Source of the DNA: Dendrobates tinctorius | Taxonomy: Eukaryota | DNA length: 64,000 nt | Assembly: GCF_039654945.1 (NCBI RefSeq) | Contig: NW_027361728.1 | Coordinates: 58,652,001-58,716,000, forward strand | Reading direction: 5' to 3' | In this document: positions 27,261 through 38,149 of the stretch, piece after piece | Position numbering within the stretch: position 1 is the first letter of the stretch | Layout: every line of letters starts with the position of its first letter | Program-made: the position numbers and the translations under genes | Notes under the pieces: generated by a model | Seen by the model: the letters and a program-made list of their open reading frames with translations, nothing else | Database searches by the model: none | What the model was told of the DNA's origin: nothing

Positions 27261-28054
27261 GGCACATTGTTAGACCTTTTCTGTTTGTGGTAATAACTCA
27301 TTTGAGATTTATTACCATAATTGACATGATGTGTGTTAACTTCAGGGTTGTTTGAAGACTCCACAGAAACATCCGATTCCAAGTCCGAAGAAGAAAAAGT
27401 CACTTGATTCCGGTGTGCAGAAGAAAAAAAAGTGCGAGTGCGTTTCTTTAATATCGATCTGGGTGGAGTAGGTTGCCTTTCCCATCTGCCCCATTCATAA
27501 ACTTGATTGTTCGTGTAATCAAATATATCCCTGCCAAATTTCTTTTTCTTTATAGAAATAATAGATTCTTCCAGGGAATGTATCTTAGATTTCAGATCTT
27601 TTTGAAAATTTTCATATTCCTCCACAGTAACAGCAGTTTTTAGAGACAACAGATCCTTATTTAAACTGGTTTTAATACTAGACAGTTCTTCATTTTCATA
27701 TTTAACTATTAGCTCCATCAATTTTCTGGAGCACTCAGATAATATAATGTTCCAGTCAGACACAAAGGCATCATTATACACCGTGGTTGGAATTTTCTTT
27801 ATTCTTAATCCTCTTGGTATAATATTCTGTGAGATATAATTTTCAAGCGTGGCTTGGTCCCACCAGATGCGTGTCTCATTAAGAGAAAGTTTCTCTATTG
27901 CAAGCATAGTATTCAATATGTCCGGTGAAGTGTCTACATTTTTGCTCACTGAACTGAATACTTGTGCAGCACTTTCTCTTCTAGAAGGATCAATCAATGT
28001 CTCCATGTGGAAAACAGATGGGGTTGGGAAAGACAATATACTTGGAGCAAACAA
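27167..28054 (-). CDS. PLE upstream ORF (IPRGLRI motif, coiled-coil-like), intact
   Basis: Open 295 codons (likely ATG start at MET...); overlaps the RT frame by ~100 nt. Confidence 0.75.
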   Translation of the reverse strand: MFAPSILSFPTPSVFHMETLIDPSRRESAAQVFSSVSKNVDTSPDILNTMLAIEKLSLNETRIWWDQATLENYISQNIIPRGLRIKKIPTTVYNDAFVSDWNIILSECSRKLMELIVKYENEELSSIKTSLNKDLLSLKTAVTVEEYENFQKDLKSKIHSLEESIISIKKKKFGRDIFDYTNNQVYEWGRWERQPTPPRSILKKRTRTFFSSAHRNQVTFSSSDLESDVSVESSNNPEVNTHHVNYGNKSQMSYYHKQKRSNNVPKNAPGEAVGNTANIPSIFKNGLRSQSKTSR

Positions 28055-30192
28055 AATATTAAATTGAAAATAATGATGTTAAAACCAAATCAATGACATC
28101 ATTCCCAATTCAAAATGAGCACTACACGTGTTCGAAACGCGTCCAGTTATCTAGGACATTCCTTCCTCCAGTATACACTGGTTATCAAGCAGCTTATTAC
28201 CTTTTAATTTGTTTCAATAAAGATTTTGGATTTTATCTCCGGAGCTGGATACCTTCTTTTTTCACAAGTACCTGACGTCAAGCAGAGACGCTTCCTTGCT
28301 CGGATAGAACTACTCATGTGCGGTGTGGACATCACTATAAGGGTGAGCTGAATCAACTTTTTTCTACAAAATTATGTGGACAGAAAAATGAAAAAGGTAT
28401 GGCTTTTGGAAAAAGGGATAGAGAAAATGAAAAAAATGGAAAATAGCCCATCGGGAAGGGGTGAAGTCGTTTGCCCACTATTTCTGCATATGTAGTTGAA
28501 TTCTTAGCAGATACTCTAACCTCAGTGTTACGGGTCCAGGGGACTGGTAGTCAATACAAATAACAAGTATATGAAAAGGCTCAAATGTTTTTACATTAGT
28601 AGGAGACTGCAAGAGGCAGGGGCGCACCAATCATGAGGCAACTTGAGTCAGTTGTCTCAAGCGGCGCACCTGCTGTTAAAAAGGGGGACGGCACCTGCGG
28701 GGGCCGTTCTTTCAGATGCTGTCTTGTGCCTGTATTGGGCCGCTCTTCTCTCCCTGACATCCTGCTATCTCCTGATGTGCCGCTGCCTGCTTCATACTGG
28801 GAAAATATGCACTTAAATGATTACGGGTGTGCGGTGGTTTTTACCCTCCGGGTTCAGCAACTCAGAGAGGGGAGGTGTCCTGCAAGAGCAGAACACTGGC
28901 CAATGAATGCTCTCACATCACTGACAGAAGAGCTGATTGGCCAGTGCTAGAGTTGAGCGACTTTTGGTTTTTTAGAGTCGAGTTTCGTTTCGTGAAACCC
29001 GACTTTTCCAAAAGTCGGGTCGAGCAAGATTGGCCGATTATAGGGAAAAGTCGGGGTCGTCCCGAAACACGAAACCCAATGTAAGTCAATGGGGAATAAA
29101 AGTCGGCAGTGAGAGGAGGACAGGAAACACACCTACAGTGCCCATTTGAATGCCAAAAGCATCAATTCTTCTTACTTAAGCTTGTCAACCTTAATTAACT
29201 TCATAATACAAGTTACGCACTGAAAAATGGGGGTTATTTGGCTAAAGCTGTGGGGGGGTAGGGCTGGCTCCAGGTTTTCATGTGCCCTGGGCGAAAGAGC
29301 GCCCCTTTAACACATACCACAACTCATCATGCTCCGATACGGCAGAGAAATAGCGGTATAGTACAATAAAAAATACTTCACTTTTTACATCTCATGACGA
29401 GGCCCATCTATTTCTCCATACAGAATCATTGGTCCCATATAATGTTTGAAACAGTATATGATGAGCTCCACATAATGCTACAGTATATGTTGGTCCCCAT
29501 GGATGAAGCTCCACTGTCTTATGGGCCCAAATAATGCTCCAAACATAATGGGCCCCATTTCTAATGCTCTAGTGTATAATGGGCCCTGTAAATGCTCCTC
29601 CAGTGTCTGATGTCCACCTTTGGAATGTTCCAGTGTATGGTGGGCCCCATCTATCATTCTCCAGAGTATAGTGCTCCCCAAAAATTGCTGTCCCAACATT
29701 GAAAACAATCAAATAAGTCTCCTCGCTAGGGAATCCCTGTACTAGTCTGGACTCCTCGTCGTCCCCATCATCCATCTCACTGCACAGTATTTCAACCTTG
29801 CAAGTGCTGTGATCCTGAGCAAGCAGGGGGGGCCCACTCGTTGGCGACGGCACTGGCACAGGGCCCCTGATAGTACGGTGGTGTGTCTGATGGCGGGTGG
29901 GCCGAACTTGCACTTTCATCTGCAGCTTCCTCTTTGTCACCGTGTAAGATGGAACTGTATATGGGAAGGGTAACCTGAGTTTCATCAGGGTCAGATTCAG
30001 GCCGTGTAGCGTGCGAGGGGAATGTAGTGGTCTGGGTCAATGTACCAGCAGATTCATTGAGCAGTGGCTGGGCATCAGTGCACTTGTGTCGCCCCCAGGA
30101 GTACGGTCGCCACAGTGGCATTACCTTCCTCCTAGGGAGTGTGATGTCATGCTTGGGAGCAACGAAGGATCTCTCTAGCAGGTTAACTGATT

Positions 30193-30641
30193 GGGCGGCG
30201 TTATTCCCACGAGTCATGACCCTCCAAACAGCGTTCATGAAGGCAAAGTGTTTGTTTTACGTGGGCAGTATGGTTGCAAAGCTGAACCTTAAAGGAATGT
30301 CCAGAAGGGCACCACCAGGAGTGGAGCCTACGGTTAAATTCGACTCCACCTGGGAAACCTCAACCATGCCAGCTACAGAAAAGATGCACACATTGCAAGC
30401 TTAATTCCGTTAACGAACGAGACTCCGTCATGCCCCGCGGTCCGAGTCCGGCTTACTAGAGGGACACGTGAGGCTCTGGTGTGTCATGCCCTTACATGTC
30501 CGTGGCTGCATGTGCGCTACACTGAAAAGGCCAGCGTTTGTCGCTTACAGGTGCAGATAACCCGCTGAACAACGTTAGTGATGGGGATCACTGATTACAA
30601 TTATTACCCGCGAACGATGATTTCCCAGTAAGTGCAGGTCA
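30193..30641 (+). pseudogene. Degenerate, internally deleted 18S rRNA fragment (3' half) inside the hAT
   Basis: Colinear SSU rRNA signature blocks: GGCGGCGTTATTCCC, GTATGGTTGCAAAGCTGAAcCTTAAAGGAAT, AAGGGCACCACCAGGAGTGGAGCCT, TTAATTCCGtTAACGAACGAGACT, TAGAGGGAC, GCGCTACACTGA, GTGATGGGGATC, TTCCCAGTAAGTGC. Confidence 0.9.
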
Positions 30642-30750
30642 ACCGCAGTTCCGGAATTAGGCCTAACCGTCATTCCTGAAAAAATGAATAACTTACGTGT
30701 GCAAACCACAGGTGCTGTAGCTTGCTTAACAGCTCGCCAGCCGTTCTCAC

Positions 30751-31670
30751 GCCCAGTATGGATTAGACGTGATTGCACAAAGGTGAGAAAGGGTACCGTA
30801 TCCCCGGATAACATGTATGGATAGCGTACACATTCAAAATATATGTCTATACATCAGGAGGCAGGCTCAGACGGTGTTAGGCCCAGTATGGCTTGCACGT
30901 GATTGCACAAAGGTGAGAAAGGGTACCGTATCCCCGGATAACATGTATGGATAGCGTACACATTCAAAATATATGTCTATACATCAGGACAGGCTCAGAC
31001 GGTGTTAGGCCCAGTTTGGCTTGCACGTGATTGCACAAAGGTGAGAAAGGGTACCGTATCCCGGATAACATGTATGGATAGCGTACACATTCAAAATATA
31101 TGTCTATACATCAGGAGGCAGGCTCAGACGGTGTTAGGCCCAGTATGGCTTGCACGTGATTGCACAAAGGTGAGAAAGGGTACCGTATCCCCGGATAACA
31201 TGTATGGATAGCGTACACATTCAAAATATATGTCTATACATCAGGAGGCAGGCTCAGACGGTGTTAGGCCCAGTATGGATTGCACGTGATTGCACAAAGG
31301 TGAGAAAGGGTACCGTATCCCCGGATAACATGTATGGATAGCGTACACATTCAAAATATATGTCTATACATCAGGAGGCAGGCTCAGACGGTGTTAGGCC
31401 CAGTATGGATTGCACGTGATTGCACAAAGGTGAGAAAGGGTACCGTATCCCCGGATAACATGTATGGATAGCGTACACATTCATAATATATGTCTATACA
31501 TCAGGAGGCAGGCTCAGACGGTGTTAGGCCCAGTATGACTTGCACGTGATTGCACAAAGGTGAGAAAGGGTACCGTATCCCCGGATAACATGTATGGATA
31601 GCGTACATATTCAAAATATATGTCTATACATCAGGAGGCAGGCTCAGACGGTGTCAGGCACAGTATGGAT
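30751..31670. repeat. Tandem array, ~7 x 130 bp, 3' of the hAT transposase
   Basis: GATTGCACAAAGGTGAG recurs at 30770, 30901 and so on; near-identical units. Confidence 0.95.
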
Positions 31671-32090
31671 TTGACGGCCCAAACTACACAGCGGAGGAGC
31701 AGGGAGAGGTAAAGATTGCAAATGCTGGGGCTCTGCCCAAGCAAGGGGGGCCCACTCGTGGGCGTCGGTACTGGCACTGGGCCCCTCATAGTACGGCGGT
31801 GTGTCTGACGGCGGGTGTGCACCACCACCATCAGAGACACTTGATTGCACTATGAGGGACCCTGTGCCAGTGCCCGCGCCCAAGAGTCGGCCTACCCACC
31901 TGTCCAGGGCAACGGCACTCGCACGGTGTCGTGCGCTAGGTGGTGACCCCGGCCATGGGGGGGGAGGCAGCACAGTTAGGGAGTTTTAGAAAGTGGCATA
32001 TGTTGATGTTGGACATTCAGCTGATGCAAAAGGCGAAATAGGTCAAGTCCCAGGAAGAGGTAGACCAAAGCAAGCCATTTTTCTGTCACC

Positions 32091-35000
32091 CTATGTGTCA
32101 TCAGGGAAAGGTGGGACAAAATCCTTGGAAACCCATGCATGGTTCATTTTAATGAAGGTTAGATCATCCACATTTTGGGTTGACAGACGGGTCCTTTTTT
32201 CTGTCAGGATTGATCCAGCTGCACTGAAGACTCTTTCCGATAGCACACTTGCAGCAGGGCAAGCGAGCTCCTGTAAGGCATATTGTGCCAATTCAGGCCA
32301 GGTGTCCAGTTTAGCGGCCTAATAGTCAAAGGGGAATGACCTGTGTGGGAGAACATCGATATGGGAGGAAAAGTAGTTTGTAACCATAGTTGACAACTGC
32401 TGTCTCCTGTCACTTTCCATCGATGCAGTATTACCAGTTGTGTGAGCGGTACTTGAAAAATCAGTCCACAACATTGTCATGAAACCCCTGTCTCCAACGC
32501 CACTTCTGCTGTGTGCACCATGAACACCTCTGCCAAGCTGCCCCCGGCCCGTACGGCTCGTGTGAGAACCATCCTCGCTGCTGTGTGCTGGGAATGCCTC
32601 AAGCAACCGATTTACCAGAGTTGCTTGTTTATTAGCCAATATTAGGTCAAGGTTCTCCTGTGGCATGATGTTTTGTAATTTGCCTTTATAGCGTGGATCC
32701 AGGATGCTGGCCAACCAGTAGTCGTCATCGTTCATCATTTTGGCAATGCGGGGGTCCCTTTTTAGGCTCTGCAAGGCATAATCTGACATGTGGGCCAATG
32801 TTCCCGGTGTCAATGATGCACTGCGAGTGCTGGTTGGAGGAGCACTTTCTGGCAAATCCACATCCCTCCAGTCACGCACAAACCCTGTACCAGACCTTGC
32901 CACGCCAACATTTTCACTTGCCCCACGAGATGCATCCTCCTCCCCTAAGTAATCATCCCCATCATCATCCTCCTCCTCCTCTTCTTCCTCCACCTCGTCC
33001 AGGAGAGGTCCTTGAGCAGACAATGGCTGAATGTCATCAAGGATTCCCTCCTCCTCTTCCTCCTCATCAACATTGGCTGCAGACGCCTGCTCCATAAGGT
33101 GCGTCAAAGTTTGCATGAGCAGACGCATAAGTGGGATGCTCATGCTTAGGTCTCAAAGTGCCTGGCCGTGTATCCTCCCACAAATGCATTATGGCCTGCC
33201 TCTGCTCGCACAGCCGCTCCACCATGTGCAGGGTGCAGTTCCACCTTGTTGCAATGTCGATAATGAGGCGGTGGTTGGGAAGGTGGAGCAATCGCTGCAG
33301 CTTCTGCATACGAATGGAGTGAACAGGCGACCGGCGGATGTGCGCGCACAGTCTTCGCACCTTCTGGAGCAGGGCTGTTAACTCCGGATAATTTTTGAGG
33401 AAGCACTGCACCACCAGGTTCAAGGTGTGAGCCAAGCAAGGTATGTGGCTGAGTTTTGAAAGGGGTATGGCCGTTATCACTAACTACCTTGCCTGCCTCA
33501 AGATGTACACTGCCCAGCCATGACTCAGTTTGTCGCTTAAAGTACTCGGGCAGCACATCGGCAGTGTGTCTGTCGCCCAAACACATCATCTGCAACACAG
33601 CCTGCTGACGCTTTCCACTAGCTGCTCGATAGGGGGACACCTCGTGTGCAACAGTGGCAGCTGCAGATGGAGTGCTCGTACGACTGCGCTCTGTGGATGA
33701 GCTTTCGCTTCTGGAGGAGGAGGAAGAGGGTCGAACGCCAACTGTTTCCTATACCGTGGGCTAGGCAGCACTGTCCCACTACCGCTGTCCCCTGTGGACC
33801 CTGCATCCACCACATTAACCCAGTGCGCAGTGATGGACACGTAACGGCCCTGGCGATGCCGACTGGACCATGCATCAGTTGTGAGGTGCACCTTTCCACT
33901 CACTGACTGCTTGAGTGCATGGACAATGCGGTCTTTTACATGATGGTGGAGGGCTGGGATGGCTTTGCGAGAGAAGAAGTGGCGACTGGGTAGGTCATAG
34001 CGTGGTACTGCATAGGCCATGAGTTCGCAGAAAGCTGCGCTTTCCACCAACCGATAGGGCATCATCTCAAACGAGATTAGTTTGGCAATGTGGGCGTTCA
34101 AACCCAGTGTACGCGGATGAGAGACTGAGTACTGAGTACTTTCTTGACCTACTCATAGTGTCTGGGAGGGTGAGCTGGACTTGAGAGCTGCATATGGTGG
34201 AAGTAGCGGTGGACAGGGCGGACTGAGAGAGGGTTGATGATGGTGATGGAGTTGGTGTTCTTTCTGATGGCCTAGATTCAGTATTTCGTTGATATAACAG
34301 TGGGATTCCCTGACTGCTGTGGCCTTGCAACGACACCACAACATTTGCTGCTGTGCTAACCGGTGGGCTTACAGTGGGGGAAACAATGTAGCGTTGCTGA
34401 CTACCTTCTTTGTGATCAGTTGCACATGTGGCACTTGAGGTTTGGTGTTGTGTCCACGCTTGCAAGTGCATGCTGGTTAAATGTCTAAGCATGCAACTGG
34501 TATTCAAATTTTTCAGATTTTTCCCTCGGCTAAAGGTCTTTGCGCACTTCTTACAGATAACCTTGGCCTGATCATGAGGATTTTGTTCAAAAAAGTGCCA
34601 CACTGCACTCTTCCTACTTTGGCAGACATTTTGCGGCCTAGCACGCTGTGATCTTTTGACCCTCTGGACAAGCTGTCCAGCAACTCTTTTGATTTTTGGA
34701 ACCTGTCTTTGGAGTGCTCCGGGCCTGCCAGATAACAGCTGTTGCGATGTCGATGTCTGCTGTGGATGCTCCTCATCTGAGCTATTGGAAGCAGCACCCT
34801 CTTCCCCCAATGGATGCCAATCTGGGTCAACAACTGGGTCATCCATCACCTCCTCTTCAATGTCATGTGCACCTTCCTCTGTGTCACCGTGTATGGTGGT
34901 ATAGTGTGCGGGAAGGGGCACCTGAGTCTCATCAGGGTCAGAATCTGGCTCTGTACACTGCGAGGACAATGTAGTGCTCTGAGTGAATGTACCAGCAGAA

Positions 35001-35503
35001 TCATCTATCAGCGGCTGTGCATCAGTGCACTCCATGTCAGATTCATCTTGGTCTGGGTAATTCACCATTTCACTTGATAATCCAGGCATGGTATGTGAAA
35101 ACAGCTCCATGGAGTAATCAGTAGTATGGCCTGCGTCATCCTTCAATCTTGGTTGGGGTGAAGGACACAAGGAAAGGTGTGCTTCATGAACATGAGCCTC
35201 CAATGACGACTCAGTGCTTTTATTTTTTACAACTTCAGAAGAGGAGGCGATAGAGCTGGAGGCTGAGTCAGCAATGTAAGACAAAACTTTTTCCTGAAGC
35301 TCTGGCTTTAAAAGCGGTTTGCCAACTCCTAGAAAACTAAGCCTTCGAGGCCTTGTGGAGCCAGACGATGACGCAGGCTCAACACCTCCTGCATTCGGTC
35401 CTATTTTGCTTTTGCCACTACCATCAGATCCACCACCAACACCATCATTACCAGCTGCCAACCCCCGCCCAATTCCACGGCCTCTTCCACCAGCCTTCCT
35501 CAT
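32091..35503 (-). pseudogene. hAT transposase with BED finger, disrupted
   Basis: SAVWHFF..CKKC..MLRHLTSMH (BED), VHLTTDAWS, VVSDNG, HIPCLAHTLNL, TRWN, LDPRYK, ACPAASVLSERVFSAAG; frameshifts near 34130, 33700, 33480 and 33140, and a TAG at 32319. Confidence 0.93.
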
Positions 35504-35580
35504 TTTTGGTAGAAATGTAGACAAAATCCAACAAACTATATAGTAATGTAAAACAAGGTACAAGGTGTCTATAGGACAGG

Positions 35581-36470
35581 GGAGATTTTGAATTTCTGCA
35601 GACACTTGTGGACACTGGACACTTATGGATTGTGTGAGGCCCACTGAATATCAGAGCGCTATGTCACAGGCTCGATGGCACAGGTGTGAAAAAAGTGACT
35701 ACAGGATAAGGGAGATTTTGAATTTCTGCAGACACTAGTGGACACTGGACACTGGACACTTTTGGATTGTGTGAGGCCCACTGAATATAAGAGCGCTATG
35801 TCACAGGCTCGATGGCACAGGTGTGAAAAAAGTGACTACAGGATAAGGGAGATTTTGAATTTCTGCAGACACTAGTGGACACTGGACACTTTTGGATTGT
35901 GTGAGGCCCACTGAATATCAGAGCGCTATGTCACAGGTGTGAAAAAAGTGACTACAGGATAAGGGAGATTTTGAATTTCTGCACACACTAGTGGACACTG
36001 GACACTTTTGGATTGTGTGAGGCCCACTGAATATCAGAGCGCTATGTCACAGGCTCAATGGCACAGGTGTGAAAAAAGTGACTACAGGATAAGGGAGATT
36101 TTGAATTTCTGCACACACTAGTGGACACTGGACACTTTTGGATTGTGTGAGGCCCACTGAATATCAGAGCGCTATGTCACAGGCTCGATGGCACAGGTGT
36201 GAAAAAAGTGACTACAGGATAAGGGAGATTTTGAATTTCTGCAGACACTAGTGGACACTGGACACTTTTGGATTGTGTGAGGCCCACTGAATATCAGAGC
36301 GCTATGTCACAGGGTCGATGGCACAGGTGTGAAAAAAGTGACTACAGGATAAGGGAGATTTTGAATTTCTGCAGACACTAGTGGACACTGGACACTTTTG
36401 GATTGTGTGAGGCCCACTGAATATCAGAGCGCTATGTCACAGGCTCGATGGCACAGGTGTGAAAAAAGTG
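35581..36470. repeat. Tandem array, ~7 x 130 bp, 5' of the hAT transposase
   Basis: GGAGATTTTG at 35581, 35711, 35848, 35964, 36094, 36224, 36354. Confidence 0.95.
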
Positions 36471-37298
36471 AATTGTAGAATTGGGCAGAATAGGAATCTC
36501 CCTAGAGTGTAGGTCTGTAAGAACGGAACAAGTCCTCCACTTATCCTTCCACAGTGACACACAGATAGCTTCACTGTGGCCGTGATAACAGCCGTTACAC
36601 GGTACTGAGAGGAGCGTACACCGCTGTATGGTGTGAAAAAATGCACGCTCAGTACCTCAGCAGGACAAAAAAAAAAATTGGGATTGCTTTTAAAAAAGCA
36701 GTTTGCAGAGCAGTGGGTAAACAGCAATGCAGCTGTCAGGAAGCCTTAGAAGGCAGCCTAACAACCAACACCGCTGATCCACCACAATATAGCCTCCCCT
36801 TGCACTGCACACACAGTGACTGGTGTGTTGTACAGGCAAAATCGCTAGCAGCCGAAGCAATTTTTTTTTCTTCTTCCCTGCCTAACGCTCTCCCTACAGA
36901 ATCAGCAACCTCTCCCTATGCTAAGATCGGCAGAAGTAAGATGGCGGTCGGCGTGCACGCCCTTTTATAACCCCTGTGACGCCCACCAAAGCAAGCCAAT
37001 CACTTGCATGCCCTTCTGAAAGATGGTGGTGACCCCTGCCTATGTCATCACGTTGCCCACAGTGTCCGTGGATCCTGATTGGCTGAAAAAGAGCGCAAAA
37101 CAAACTTTTGAAACGCGACTTTGGCGCGTAAGTCGCCGACCTCGTGGCCGACCTCATCCTAGGGTCGGGTTTCGTTTCATGAAACCCGACTTTGCCAAAA
37201 GTCGGCGACTTTTGAAATTTTTCGACCCGTTTCGCTCAACTCTAGCCAGTGCTCCTGTCCTCCTGCATGGCACATCTTTGAAGGGAAGAAGTGAGAGC

Positions 37299-37962
37299 TG
37301 TCATGGTTAGGACATGGTTAATGTCCTGTTCTCACAGGGTTAACTTTTGCCGGCCTCTCTTTGGATCTGCTAGGGGTATTTATACTCACTCCAGACTAGG
37401 ATTCCCTGTCAGCTATACTGTTATTCTGGCTGTGTGTCTGACCCCCCTGGTGTGCGTGGATACTGCATTGCTTGTTTGATTCCCGTGTATGACCCGGTCT
37501 GTCCCCTCATTCAGTTCTCTGTCTCACGCTTTGGTATTATTGTTTCTCCGGTTCTGAACTCCTGGCTTGGCTATTGTTACTCCGTTACAGTTTGTCCCTA
37601 TTGTACCGTCCATTGCCCATTCTGGTTTTCTGATCTATTGCTATGTCCTGACTATTCACTCTGTCTAACCCTTTAGTACTCTCCTGCTATCTCGTGCTTT
37701 GACCGGGCTTGATCTGGCTTACGTCCCTGTCTATGCCTCTTGGTAACTTGTCCTGTAGTTACCTTTCTAGGAGTTTCCCTGCAGCTCCTAGCTCTGTGGA
37801 GCTTAGGCCACACCCCCCGCAAGCATTTGCTTCAGGTCCTGATAATCTGAAGCACGCATCGTCACCGCTGCTGCCCGCTCCACAGGTATCCTTGAGCACT
37901 GTTTTTGTACTCAGGACTCGTGCACTGGCTCAGTGAGCAAGTGCAGTGCGGTGTTCCTGACA
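37299..37962. mobile_element. Solo LTR (~664 bp)
   Basis: TGTCA...TGACA termini, 5-bp TSD AGAGC. Confidence 0.85.
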
Positions 37963-38149
37963 AGAGCTAGGAAATAAGATCAGAGGAGCCACCTGTGCTG
38001 GAAGATACCAAGGAGAAGCAGCTCCAAGCCACAAGGTGAAAGATCTCCTGCTGGGCAGTCCCAGCAGAGAGAGTGGGCGTGAGGCTCAGCTGCTATGAGC
38101 AGGGGAAGCTGCATATGTACACCAGCCCCCACCCCTGAAGCACAGAGGT

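Larger units (their letters stand above)
23999..28365 (-). mobile_element. Penelope-like element (Neptune type) with inverted 5' pseudo-LTR
   Basis: 13-bp TSD ACAAAATTATGTG (23986-23998, 28366-28378); ~150-bp inverted repeat (23999-24146 vs 28117-28265); RT, CxxxxCxxC linker and GIY-YIG domains. Confidence 0.92.
12590..28461. mobile_element. AT-rich non-autonomous DNA transposon (piggyBac-like TTAA family) split by the DIRS and Penelope insertions
   Basis: Sequence runs on across the insertions (TCCTGCAAAAA | AAACAAGCTGTCACAAAATTATGTG | GACAGAAAAATG...AAGGGG-TGAA); the end resembles a GGGG-TTAA terminus. Confidence 0.5.
28948..37244 (-). mobile_element. hAT (Ac/ZBED-type) transposon, full length
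   Basis: Perfect 13-bp TIR TAGAGTTGAGCGA; 8-bp TSD GCCAGTGC; repeated subterminal CCGAC/GTCGG motifs; transposase inside. Confidence 0.95.

Noticed and set aside
30193-30641. Functional 18S rRNA gene
   Set aside because: Partial, heavily substituted, internally deleted, with no ITS/5.8S/28S context.
32091-35503. Domesticated ZBED host gene
   Set aside because: Several frameshifts and a stop; intact TIRs and TSD show it is a transposon copy.
30751-36470. CRISPR-like arrays
   Set aside because: Head-to-tail units with no unique spacers; eukaryotic context; no cas genes.
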